A stretch of DNA of 64,000 bases from Alphaproteobacteria bacterium (GTDB lineage: Bacteria > Pseudomonadota > Alphaproteobacteria > Rs-D84). The stretch lies in the NCBI GenBank assembly GCA_017642585.1, contig JAGCOR010000021.1, positions 4,771 to 68,770 on the forward strand, given 5' to 3'. Position 1 is the stretch's first letter; each line of letters opens with the position of its first letter. The notes beneath the pieces are model-generated. The model did not search any database. It saw only the letters and a program-made list of their open reading frames with translations, and was not told the origin of the DNA. Positions 1 through 9,354 of the stretch are shown here, one piece after another. The translations under genes were made by a program, and so were the position numbers.

Positions 1-191
1 ATTTTTCAAAAAAATGAATTCATCCATAGCCACCGTGACTGATATGTTGGCAACGGATGCGGGAACAATTTTGGCTTTGTTTTCAGGCAAAAACCAAAAT
101 CAGTTCATAAAAATTATCGAATCAACAGGAAATTCGTTTTTAGGGTGTATCGGGCAGTATTGATAAATAAGGCCCTTTTTATAACTTTATC

Positions 192-219
192 TTGATTTTA
201 CTAAAAAAGCAGGTATAAT
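192..219 (+). promoter_or_regulatory. sigma70-like promoter upstream of rpmE
   Basis: TTGATT (192-197), a 16-nt spacer, then TATAAT (214-219), about 40 nt upstream of the rpmE ATG. Confidence 0.45.
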
Positions 220-259
220 CTTCGGGCTATATAGTTAATAAAAATAAAAGGACAACAAG

Positions 260-472
260 ATGAAACAAGGAATTCATCCAGAATATCATGAAATTAACGT
301 TACTACAACTGACGGAAAAACCGTAAAAATGTACTCTTCTGTAAAGAAAGATTTGGTTTTGTCCACAGATAATTTGAATCATCCTGCATGGACTGGTCAA
401 CGCAGTAACGAAGGCGCAAAAGGTAAACGCGCAGAAGAATTCAAAAACAAATTTGCTGGCTTTAAATTTTAA
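260..472 (+). CDS. rpmE: 50S ribosomal protein L31 (Cys-less form)
   Basis: 70-aa ORF beginning MKQGIHPEYHEI, the conserved L31 N-terminus; no CxxC zinc motif; AAAGGA RBS upstream. Confidence 0.9.
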   Translation: MKQGIHPEYHEINVTTTDGKTVKMYSSVKKDLVLSTDNLNHPAWTGQRSNEGAKGKRAEEFKNKFAGFKF

Positions 473-488
473 TAATTGGGTGTGAATC

Positions 489-1199
489 ATGGATTTGCTG
501 ATCAAAGGTTCAACAGAATTAAATAAAATGTTCGCGGCTTTGCAGAATACTGCTGTGGGGTTGCGTCATGATTTTGGTGAAATTGAACATCTTCAGCAAT
601 CTTTGAAAAGTGCACATGATTTTGTGGCCAAAGCATCTGTCAGAATCGAAGAAAGTATTTTAACAGATTTGCAACTGGTTCGTCCAAGTGCTGGTCTGTT
701 AACCCCAAATGTTACGAAACAGGGTGATGGTCGTGATGAATTTGTGTTGGCTTTAAGCGGGGCTGAAAATTTTGTTCGTGGCAATTCATATTTTGCTATC
801 TCTTTGGCTCTGCGTACAAACGGCGAAACAAAAATCGCATTGGTTTATTCCCCAATAGATGAAAGATTGTATTATGCAGAAGCGGGCAATGGTGCATATG
901 TGTTTTCTGCATACCATTCTGAAAAAATACATGTTTCGAATTTAAAAGAGCCTGCAGATTTAACCATTGGTTATAATACAGCCGGTATGCGTCCTTTGAT
1001 TCAAGGTAACGCACGCGAAACAGGATGTCCTGCATTGGATTTGGCATGTGTTGCGGCGGGTAAAATGGATGCATTTATATCCGATCCTTTGGATTATGCA
1101 GAAATGGCCGCTGGCGATTTATTGATTCGTGAAGCGGGCGGTCGCATCTTTGAACAGGGTGGCGATATAATCGCGACAAACGGCATCGCAGAATTATAA
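489..1199 (+). CDS. inositol monophosphatase/SuhB-family protein, metal-ligand motifs degenerate
   Basis: Aligns by eye to E. coli SuhB (FAISLAL, ALDLACVAAGKMDAF, AAGDLLIREAGG). The DPxDGTxNF motif reads LALSGAENF and the EES motif reads PNV. Confidence 0.7.
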   Translation: MDLLIKGSTELNKMFAALQNTAVGLRHDFGEIEHLQQSLKSAHDFVAKASVRIEESILTDLQLVRPSAGLLTPNVTKQGDGRDEFVLALSGAENFVRGNSYFAISLALRTNGETKIALVYSPIDERLYYAEAGNGAYVFSAYHSEKIHVSNLKEPADLTIGYNTAGMRPLIQGNARETGCPALDLACVAAGKMDAFISDPLDYAEMAAGDLLIREAGGRIFEQGGDIIATNGIAEL

Positions 1200-1208
1200 A
1201 AAGATTAA

Positions 1209-1231
1209 ACCAGCAAATGCTGGTTTTTTTA
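1209..1231 (+). terminator. rho-independent terminator
   Basis: accagca/tgctggt hairpin followed by a T-run just after the stop codon. Confidence 0.55.
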
Positions 1232-1281
1232 TTATTAAACATTACTTGCAAAGTCAAAACATTTAACATAAAATTATATCT

Positions 1282-3336
1282 ATGAAATTCAAAAAATTTT
1301 TACATCATTTTATGAGTGTTGTTTTCTGGGGTATTGTCGCGGTAATCGGTGTGTTGGCGGCATTGGTTTTGATTTATGGAAATGATTTGCCAGATTACAA
1401 AAAATTGGCGACATATGCGCCACCGGTGGCAACCCGTTTATATGCTGCGGATGGTTCATTGCTTATAGAATATGCGGTTGAAAGACGTGTTTTCATAGAT
1501 TTCGAAGATATGCCACCACAGTTAATAAATGCATTTGTTGCAGCCGAAGATCAAAATTTCTGGACTCATCCTGGTATTGATGTTCAAGGTATTTTGCGCG
1601 CAACTATGAATAATGCTATGCGTTTAATGGGATTTAATAAAAAATTCACAGGCGCATCAACAATCACACAACAGGTTGCAAAAAATTTCTTTTTAACTTC
1701 TGACAGAACTATATCCAGAAAAGTTAAAGAGGCGATATTGGCCCTGCGGTTGGAACGCAGTTTTTCAAAAAAACACATTATGACATTATATTTGAACGAA
1801 ATCTTTTTAGGTGCGCGTGCATATGGTGTTGGATCTGCTGCGTTGATGTATTTTAATAAACCGGTCAAAGATTTGTCTTTGTCTGAATGTGCGTTCTTGG
1901 CATCATTGCCAAAGGCGCCAAACGACAGAAATCGTGCCATAGAGCGCAGGAACTATGTTTTAAGACGTATGGTTGATGACGGATTTATTACCAAAGATCA
2001 GGCGGAAACAGCAGCAGCGGAACCTTTGAATATCAATTCAGGATTCACAGAACAAATGGAAATGGATTTCCAATATTTTGCAGAAGATGTTCGTCGTAAA
2101 TTGTTGGAAAAATTGGGTCGTGAAAAATTGTATAATGATGGGTTATATATCAAAACAACAATTAACCCTGAATTTCAACGCGCCGCAGCGGAAGCGTTGG
2201 CAAAAGAATTAGATGCGTTTAATAAAAACAAGGGTGAAAACGAACCAAAATTACAGGGCGCAATTATCGCTATGAATCCACATACCGGACGCGTGCTGGC
2301 TATGACGGGGGGACGTTCATTCCGTGAATCTTCGTTTAATCGTGCAACCCAGGCATATCGTCAAATCGGTTCAACAATTAAACCTTTTGTTTATTTATCT
2401 GCGTTGGAAAAAGGTTACAGCCCAGAAAGTTTAATATTGGATGCACCAATTGTTGGATGGCGTGAAAACAACAAAGAATGGAAACCTGAAAATTACGACA
2501 GAAAGTTTTTAGGAAATATTCCACTTCGTTTTTCATTGGAAACATCCAGAAATGTTCCAACTGTGCGCTTGGTTGAACAAATTGGTGTTGCAGATTCTAT
2601 TGAAGCAGCCCAAAGATTCGGTGTGTATCCACCCCAAATAGACAGCAGCAAATTAAATGAATCTATGGCATTAGGTTCGGGCGAAACAACATTGGAAAAA
2701 TTGGTGTTGGGTTATTCTGCGTTTATCAATGGTGGTCGTGTTATTAAACCAAAAATGATTGACTATGTCGAAGACAGATATGGCAATGTATTAGATGGAA
2801 CACCATCAACACAAATAGATTGGAATCCAACATTATTACCGCCCCAGGCAGAAAAACCAACAGATCCATTGTCTGATGCACAAAGTTTATATCAAATCGT
2901 TTCTATATTACAGGGGGCTGTGGAACGTGGAACCGGGAAACAAGCACGGGTCAAAGGCCATACAATTGCGGGCAAAACAGGAACGACAAACCAGGTTAAA
3001 GATGTTTGGTTTATTGGTTTTTCCAAGAATTTAATTGCAGGTGTATATTTGGGCTATGATGTGCCGAAACCTTTGGGCAAGGGCGCAGGTTCACATATGG
3101 CGGCACGTGTATTCGCAGATTTTATGAATGTTGCTTTGAAAGATGAAAGTAATCAACCTTTTCCTGTGCCAGATGGGTTAAGTTTTATCAGGGTAAATCG
3201 TAATACGGGTATTTCTGCATCCCAAGATCCAGACGGTATTATAATCAATGAAGTTTTCAAACCTGGCCAGGCACCAAATCCACCAAAATCTAAAGAATTG
3301 CACGGTGAACAAACCAAGGTTGGTGGCATATTCTAA
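1282..3336 (+). CDS. mrcA: penicillin-binding protein 1A (bifunctional transglycosylase/transpeptidase)
   Basis: N-terminal TM segment, glycosyltransferase motif AAEDQNFWTHPG, and transpeptidase motifs STIKP (SxxK), SRN and KTGTT. Confidence 0.9.
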   Translation: MKFKKFLHHFMSVVFWGIVAVIGVLAALVLIYGNDLPDYKKLATYAPPVATRLYAADGSLLIEYAVERRVFIDFEDMPPQLINAFVAAEDQNFWTHPGIDVQGILRATMNNAMRLMGFNKKFTGASTITQQVAKNFFLTSDRTISRKVKEAILALRLERSFSKKHIMTLYLNEIFLGARAYGVGSAALMYFNKPVKDLSLSECAFLASLPKAPNDRNRAIERRNYVLRRMVDDGFITKDQAETAAAEPLNINSGFTEQMEMDFQYFAEDVRRKLLEKLGREKLYNDGLYIKTTINPEFQRAAAEALAKELDAFNKNKGENEPKLQGAIIAMNPHTGRVLAMTGGRSFRESSFNRATQAYRQIGSTIKPFVYLSALEKGYSPESLILDAPIVGWRENNKEWKPENYDRKFLGNIPLRFSLETSRNVPTVRLVEQIGVADSIEAAQRFGVYPPQIDSSKLNESMALGSGETTLEKLVLGYSAFINGGRVIKPKMIDYVEDRYGNVLDGTPSTQIDWNPTLLPPQAEKPTDPLSDAQSLYQIVSILQGAVERGTGKQARVKGHTIAGKTGTTNQVKDVWFIGFSKNLIAGVYLGYDVPKPLGKGAGSHMAARVFADFMNVALKDESNQPFPVPDGLSFIRVNRNTGISASQDPDGIIINEVFKPGQAPNPPKSKELHGEQTKVGGIF

Positions 3337-3343
3337 CAGGCGT

Positions 3344-3366
3344 ATGAATATATTTTATATATTCAT
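3344..3366 (+). terminator. AT-only hairpin after mrcA (weak terminator candidate)
   Basis: Perfect 10-bp arms atgaatatat/atatattcat with a ttt loop, followed by a T-rich stretch. Confidence 0.3.
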
Positions 3367-3419
3367 TTGTTTACAGCTTTTTTTATGATAAAATATCAAT
3401 ATATTGAAAGGAGTTTTTT

Positions 3420-4553
3420 ATGCTTACGGATTTTATCATCAATCATGGTTGGAGTTTTTTTGCAAGTGGTTGGACACAGTTTGCTGCGGCCTTCGGTATG
3501 GCTTTCATGATAATGTTGGTTTTTGGTCGCAGTTTCATCAAATTGATGCATAAAGTTCAAGGCATGGGACAACCTATCAGTGAAAATGTGCCAGCTAATC
3601 ACAGAAAGAAAGTTGGTACACCGTCAATGGGTGGAATTTTAATTATAATCGCTGTGTTGGTTTCTTCTTTGTTGTTTATGCCTATGCATAACGAAACAGG
3701 TTGGATTGCGCTGTCTGCATTATTGATGTTCAGTTTAATTGGGTTTGCCGATGACTATAAAAAAATCCGCAGTCAATCCAAGAAGGCGTCAAATGGATTA
3801 TCGCCTGCAGCCCGATTGGGATTAGAGGCAATTTGTGTTGCAATTTTGGCATATTTCATAAATAAAACTATGCCGGGTTATGTTCCAAATTTATCTATTG
3901 TTTTGGGGTCAAGTATAGTGTTGCCTTTGGGCAGTTGGGAAATAGGTTATTTGTTTGGAATGCCTATAACCATGGGATTTTTGTATTACATTTTTGCATA
4001 TTTTGTAATTTGTGGTTCTGCAAATGCCACAAATATCACAGACGGGTTGGATGGCATGTTGGCAAAATTATATCTGCCTGTGTTAATTGTTTTGGTTGTT
4101 GCATTGTATGGTGCAACCAGAATTGGATTTATGGATGCGGTTATGTTTTTACCAGAGGCCAGTGCTTTATATCCAGTCTTGGGCGCTGTGTTCGGTGCGG
4201 TTCTGGGATTCTTGTGGTTTAATGCAAAACCTGCGGCCATATTTATGGGTGATGTTGGATCATTAGCTTTGGGTGGATTTATGGGAACAGTTGCAATGTT
4301 ATTGAAATCAGAATTTATAATGGCAGTTGCGGCAGGTATGATGGTTATAATTTTATTGTCTTCATTTTTGCAAACAATGTGTTTCAAAATTACTCGCAAA
4401 ATAACTGGCACTGGTCAACGCATATTCTTACGCGCACCGTTGCATCACCACTTTGAAGAATTGGGTTGGGATGAATCAAAGATAGTGGACAGATTCTTTG
4501 TGTTATCTGTTCTGTTTTCTGGTTTGGCTTTGATTTTGTTAAAATTTGCATAA
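3420..4553 (+). CDS. mraY: phospho-N-acetylmuramoyl-pentapeptide transferase
   Basis: 377-aa polytopic protein with MraY signatures (GTPSMGG, NATNITDGLDG, MGDVGSLALGG, APLHHHFE). Confidence 0.95.
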   Translation: MLTDFIINHGWSFFASGWTQFAAAFGMAFMIMLVFGRSFIKLMHKVQGMGQPISENVPANHRKKVGTPSMGGILIIIAVLVSSLLFMPMHNETGWIALSALLMFSLIGFADDYKKIRSQSKKASNGLSPAARLGLEAICVAILAYFINKTMPGYVPNLSIVLGSSIVLPLGSWEIGYLFGMPITMGFLYYIFAYFVICGSANATNITDGLDGMLAKLYLPVLIVLVVALYGATRIGFMDAVMFLPEASALYPVLGAVFGAVLGFLWFNAKPAAIFMGDVGSLALGGFMGTVAMLLKSEFIMAVAAGMMVIILLSSFLQTMCFKITRKITGTGQRIFLRAPLHHHFEELGWDESKIVDRFFVLSVLFSGLALILLKFA

Positions 4554-4564
4554 TGGGATAAAAG

Positions 4565-5722
4565 ATGCTGAAATTAAAACGCACAGATGAAAGTAAATTA
4601 ACCAGCTGGTATTTTGAAATAGATCGCAAGTTATTGTTTTGGACTTTCGTGTTGATATTTATCGGCTGTGTCGTTGTTTTTTCAGCAGGTTCTGCCCAGG
4701 CCGCACGTATGGGTAAACCATGGTATTTCTTTTTTCAAAAGGCATGGTTGTTATATTTGTTGGGGATAATATCTTTGATTTTTTGCAGCATGTTAAATAA
4801 AAAGCAAATAATCAGATTGTCTGTGGCCGGATTTATTGCGATGTATGGCGCGCTGTTAAGTACAGTTGCACATGGAACAAAATTAAAAGGTAGTGCGCGT
4901 TGGGCTCACATAGCTGGTTTTGATTTTTTGCCTGTCGATTTATTAAAGCCATTTTTCATAGTTTTGACTGCGTGGTTTTTAGCCCAAATGCACGAAACAT
5001 ATGGTGATAATATTTACCTGAATAAAGAGCCATGGAAACCAACATTAAAACGTGTTAATTGGCCTGTGTATATGTTATTGTTTGTGCCATGTGTATTGAT
5101 TTTATTAAAGCATCCAGACCTGGGCAGTGCATTGTTATATAGTGGTGTTTTTGGTGGAATGTTGTTAGTTGCAGGTATCCCATGGAAAATATTTTGGCCA
5201 CTGTTTGGTATTGGATTTACCGGTATGGGCGTATATGCGTTGTTTTGTATGGAACACGTTGGTAAACGTGCAAAAGAAATATTACAAATGGAACACGGCA
5301 GTCAGGTTTGGTTTTCTGTAAATTCAATCAGACATGGTGGTTTATTTGGCAGTGGGGATAAATCATACGTCAAAAATGTTTTGGCGGAATCAGCAAACGA
5401 TTTTGTGTATTCTTCCATAGCAGAAGATTTGGGCGCCATTGCTGCATGTGCGTTAATAGGGTTGTTATTTTATGTTTTTTCTATGCTGATACAGCATGCA
5501 TGCCAGGCCAAAGACAAATTTGTCGTATATGTTCTGGCGGGGGCGGCAACTTTATTTGCAGGTCAAATTTTCTTTAATTTAACCAGTGCTTTGCATCTTG
5601 TGTTTAACAAGGGTATGACTTTGCCATTTATATCTTATGGTGGGGCATCTTTTGTTGGATTTTGTATATTATTTGGTATGATATTGGCATTGGTACGTGA
5701 AGACACATGGAATAATAAATAA
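4565..5722 (+). CDS. ftsW: SEDS-family cell division protein FtsW
   Basis: 385-aa polytopic FtsW/RodA-like protein (ESANDFVYS, PFISYGGAS) lying between mraY and murG. Confidence 0.85.
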   Translation: MLKLKRTDESKLTSWYFEIDRKLLFWTFVLIFIGCVVVFSAGSAQAARMGKPWYFFFQKAWLLYLLGIISLIFCSMLNKKQIIRLSVAGFIAMYGALLSTVAHGTKLKGSARWAHIAGFDFLPVDLLKPFFIVLTAWFLAQMHETYGDNIYLNKEPWKPTLKRVNWPVYMLLFVPCVLILLKHPDLGSALLYSGVFGGMLLVAGIPWKIFWPLFGIGFTGMGVYALFCMEHVGKRAKEILQMEHGSQVWFSVNSIRHGGLFGSGDKSYVKNVLAESANDFVYSSIAEDLGAIAACALIGLLFYVFSMLIQHACQAKDKFVVYVLAGAATLFAGQIFFNLTSALHLVFNKGMTLPFISYGGASFVGFCILFGMILALVREDTWNNK

Positions 5723-6780
5723 TGGGGGTAAGCATGAAAATATGGATTGCAACAGGTGGAACAGGCGGACATGTTTTTCCGGCACTCAGTGTGGCGACCG
5801 AATTGGCAAAACGTGGACACAAAATCACAATTTCCAGTGATGGTCGTGTTATGAAAATGGTCAAGGATGGAAAACCAAATGGTGCAAAAACCGCTTTTGT
5901 TTGGGCATCTGGTGTTGGGGCTAAATCAAAAATCAAACAAATCATCGCTTTGGCAAAAATAGGTTTTTCTGCAATAGCACTGACTTTAAGATTTATGATT
6001 TTCAGACCAAATCGTGTTGTAGCTTTTGGTGGATATGCTTCCGTTCCGGCGGTATTTGCAGCGCATTTATGGAAAATACCAACATATTTACATGAACAAA
6101 ATGCGGCGATTGGACGTGCAAATAAATTTGCTTTGCGTTGGGTAAAAACTTTGATGACCAGTTTTGAAACAGTATCTGATATGCCAAAAAAAACAAGTGC
6201 AAAGGTTGTTTATACTGGGCTGCCTGTGCGTGAAGATATACTTAAAAATTCAAATGCGCCATTAAAGCATGAGAATAAACTGTTAATCACAGGTGGATCA
6301 TTAGGTGCGCAAATCTTAGATGAAATTGTACCCCAGGCAATATCAGAAATGAAAAACAAAAAAATATTTGTTACACACCAAACGCGTCCTGAAAATGTGG
6401 CAAAATTACAAAATTTTTATGCAGAACATAGAATTCGCGCAAATGTGTTGTCTTTCATTCACGATATGGCAACCGCAATTATTGACGCTGATTTAGTCAT
6501 AGGGCGCAGTGGTGCCAGCACAGTTATAGAATTGGAAACGATTGGACGCCCTGCGATTTTGGTTCCTTTGAATATAAATCCAGACCAAGCGGCAAATGCA
6601 GAATCTTTTGCTAAATTGGGTGGTGGATTTGCAATTGAACAATCAAAATTTTCTGTGAAATGGTTATCTGCTACTTTGGATGAATTGTTTGATAACCCAA
6701 CCAGATTAGATAAAATGGCGAAAAAATCGTATGTAGAAAATCTGGCAGTTCAAAAGATAGCAGATGTTGTAACAAAATAA
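5722..6780 (+). CDS. murG: UDP-GlcNAc:lipid I N-acetylglucosamine transferase
   Basis: GGTGGHVFPAL motif and a GT28 C-terminal region. An alternative start at 5734 (MKIWIATGG) sits behind a GGGGG RBS. Confidence 0.95.
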   Translation: MGVSMKIWIATGGTGGHVFPALSVATELAKRGHKITISSDGRVMKMVKDGKPNGAKTAFVWASGVGAKSKIKQIIALAKIGFSAIALTLRFMIFRPNRVVAFGGYASVPAVFAAHLWKIPTYLHEQNAAIGRANKFALRWVKTLMTSFETVSDMPKKTSAKVVYTGLPVREDILKNSNAPLKHENKLLITGGSLGAQILDEIVPQAISEMKNKKIFVTHQTRPENVAKLQNFYAEHRIRANVLSFIHDMATAIIDADLVIGRSGASTVIELETIGRPAILVPLNINPDQAANAESFAKLGGGFAIEQSKFSVKWLSATLDELFDNPTRLDKMAKKSYVENLAVQKIADVVTK

Positions 6781-6787
6781 AAAAAAG

Positions 6788-6809
6788 ACACCCAAACGGG
6801 TGTTTTTTT
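6788..6809 (+). terminator. rho-independent terminator after murG
   Basis: acaccc-aaac-gggtgt hairpin plus a T-run. Confidence 0.6.
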
Positions 6810-6876
6810 ATGCTGTATTTTTTGCTTGCACCGCTTTTGCGATTTGTTCTATGATTGAGTAAGGAAGGAAAGGATT

Positions 6877-8127
6877 ATGCAGCGTTTTTCTGTAACTTTG
6901 TTGTTATGTTTATTTTGTGTGAATGCCACAGCTGGTGCGCATTTGCCGGTTGTTGATGTGTCCACAGGAATGGTTTCTGCGCGTGCCGCATTTGGTGAAG
7001 AAATTGAATCAAAAAGAACCGTTACTGTTGCACCTGTGAAGAAACAGGTTGCAAAAAAAGTTGTCGCACGCAACGCAAAAAAATCTGTGAAAAATAATGT
7101 GGTCGCATCAAATGATGTATTAAGACCCAAACGCCCCAGTTCTGATTTGTGGGCGAATAATGATGCACCTTTGCGTGTGCCAAGAATGGATGAAATTTCT
7201 GTGATAACATCGAATGATTTATTACCGGAAGAATCTCTATCAGCAAAACCTGTAAAAATCGCAAAAAAGACGGTAACAGAACGCGAAACAAAAAATCAAC
7301 AAACTATAAATGAGATAAATGCTTTGCGTGAAGAAATCGCCAGATTAAATGAATTACAAAAACGCACTGAACAGGCAATTGCCAATGTTCGTCCAATGTT
7401 GCAAGAAAAGGACGAAGTGAAAAATGAAATCAAAATTGCCAAGACTTCATCTGGACGTAATGTAAATATTAAACGCGAGGTTGTCCCAATGGACACAGAT
7501 GACGTTAAAATGAATTCTGTCGCGACCAAGAAACATGAAATTTCCGAACCTAAATTTACATCTGTTAATGAAATGTCGCGCATGTCACCAACAGAATTGA
7601 AAAAGGCATTTAAAAAGACGTATATGTCGGAAAACAAGCATTTATCTACATATCAAATAGATGATCGTTATGATGTAGCCAGTGATATGTCGTCAGACAT
7701 AGAAGGTTTTTCTGCACAACGTGATTTATCTGAAACATCAGGTGGCGTTCGTCCATTAGAGGTAAAAATATCTTTCTTGAATGGTGATTCCGCATTATCA
7801 CGTGAAAATTATAATATTTTGAATGAAACCGCTTCTATCGTTGTTAATAATCCAAAACGTGCTATCCAGGTTGCAATCCCAGAATCTGCAACGTATACAA
7901 AAGACGGCAGAAAATTAGCGGCACGTCGTTTGGCAATCGTAGAACAGGTTTTACGTGATACAGGTGTTGCAGAACAACGCATCGTTCCTGTGTTGTCACA
8001 ACGTTCTGACGATGTGTTTGTGTTGCGTGTAATTTCTGGTGATGTTTTTGAAACTTTGACCCAACAAAAACGCAATATGTTTGGCGATAATGTTTCCAAG
8101 AAAACATACAAAAGTATGACGTGGTAA
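6877..8127 (+). CDS. exported coiled-coil protein with degenerate OmpA/MotB-like C-terminal domain
   Basis: Signal peptide MQRFSVTLLLCLFCVNATA, a charged coiled-coil middle, and a C-terminus (ISFLNGDSALS...RKLAARRLAIVEQVLRDTGV) resembling the OmpA_C fold without the canonical peptidoglycan-binding residues. Confidence 0.5.
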   Translation: MQRFSVTLLLCLFCVNATAGAHLPVVDVSTGMVSARAAFGEEIESKRTVTVAPVKKQVAKKVVARNAKKSVKNNVVASNDVLRPKRPSSDLWANNDAPLRVPRMDEISVITSNDLLPEESLSAKPVKIAKKTVTERETKNQQTINEINALREEIARLNELQKRTEQAIANVRPMLQEKDEVKNEIKIAKTSSGRNVNIKREVVPMDTDDVKMNSVATKKHEISEPKFTSVNEMSRMSPTELKKAFKKTYMSENKHLSTYQIDDRYDVASDMSSDIEGFSAQRDLSETSGGVRPLEVKISFLNGDSALSRENYNILNETASIVVNNPKRAIQVAIPESATYTKDGRKLAARRLAIVEQVLRDTGVAEQRIVPVLSQRSDDVFVLRVISGDVFETLTQQKRNMFGDNVSKKTYKSMTW

Positions 8128-8843
8128 AAATATTTAATCGTTTATTAGATTTCTTGTATCCACCAATTTGTCCTGTGTGCGGTGATTTGGTTGAATCACA
8201 TGGTGTTTTGTGTGCATCGTGTTGGTCCAGGTTTAATTGGATATCAAATCCAAAATGCTTTAAATGCGGTTATCCATTTCCTGCCGATTTAGATTTGGGC
8301 TCACACCCAATGTGTCCGCATTGTGCGTCCGGTGAATGCGATTTAGATTTTATTCGTTCTGCATGTGTTTATGATGATGTTTCGAAAAATATAATGTTGC
8401 CTTTTAAACACGCATCCCAATTGAAATACAAAAACTTAATGTCGCGCGCGATGATAAACGCATTACGGGATTTAGATTTATCGGTTGATATTGTGATGCC
8501 TGTGCCTTTGGCGTGGAAACGTTTATTTAAACGCGGATATAACCAAGCGTGTGTTTTGGCGCGACCAATTGCAAAACATTTTAACGCCGCGTTAGATGTA
8601 AATTCTGTATCCAGAAAATACAGACCAGACATGGGGCATAAAACATCAAAACAAAGACGCGAAAATGTTCATGGTGTGTTCAAAGTTATAAACAAAGATA
8701 AAATTGCTGGAAAAAAGATTTTATTGGTTGATGATGTTATGACATCAGGTGCAACATTTTATGAATTAAACAGAATTTTACGCAATGCGGGCGCATCTGC
8801 CGTATACGCGGTTTCGTTTTGCCGCGTTGTTCATGCTATATAA
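8121..8843 (+). CDS. comF: ComF-family phosphoribosyltransferase-domain protein
   Basis: GTG start overlaps the upstream stop. N-terminal double CxxC zinc ribbon (CPVCG...CASCW...CFKCG...CPHC) and PRTase motif LLVDDVMTSGAT. Confidence 0.8.
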   Translation: MVKIFNRLLDFLYPPICPVCGDLVESHGVLCASCWSRFNWISNPKCFKCGYPFPADLDLGSHPMCPHCASGECDLDFIRSACVYDDVSKNIMLPFKHASQLKYKNLMSRAMINALRDLDLSVDIVMPVPLAWKRLFKRGYNQACVLARPIAKHFNAALDVNSVSRKYRPDMGHKTSKQRRENVHGVFKVINKDKIAGKKILLVDDVMTSGATFYELNRILRNAGASAVYAVSFCRVVHAI

Positions 8844-8847
8844 AGTT

Positions 8848-9210
8848 TTAATGTTTAAAACTGCACAGGTGTTTTTGTAAAAAATTTGCAGTTTCTAATT
8901 CTTGGGTGTTCATCATCTGGGCGGTTTCTTGTAAATCTAATTTTTCTTTACATGAATTGATTATATCCAGCATATCTTTTTGTTCTTTAGACAGCGGTCT
9001 GGAATTTGTTTCATCCCATTTTACAGACAAAATAGTCCTGTGATTGACCGATATGTTATAAATATTTATTGCCCAACCATTATTTACAGACAATATTTCA
9101 AATCCCTGTTTGTTATAAATTGTGTATTTGTCACCCATGTTTGTTTTAGAATGAATAATGATGTTATTGTGAATTATTTCTTTTATCAGCATTTTAAGGA
9201 TTTTGTTCAT
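8848..9210 (-). CDS. hypothetical protein
   Basis: 120-aa ORF filling the gap between comF and valS; no recognisable motif. Confidence 0.35.
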   Translation of the reverse strand: MNKILKMLIKEIIHNNIIIHSKTNMGDKYTIYNKQGFEILSVNNGWAINIYNISVNHRTILSVKWDETNSRPLSKEQKDMLDIINSCKEKLDLQETAQMMNTQELETANFLQKHLCSFKH

Positions 9211-9354
9211 GTTTTAGCCTTTGTTTATCATGATAAAATAATATGCTTTTTACCCATTGTTTTCATTAGGAATCTTTTGTTGTGCATTTACTTGATTTTG
9301 TGAATTTATTGTGCAAAAATCTAAGCGGTATATAATATAGTTTAAGGAAACGAA

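Noticed and set aside
2-163. Open frame from the window edge to a TGA (…MNSSIATVTDMLATDAGTILALFSGKNQNQFIKIIESTGNSFLGCIGQY*)
   Set aside because: Only 53 codons are visible and I recognise no motif. It could be the 3' end of an upstream gene, but that cannot be supported from this window.
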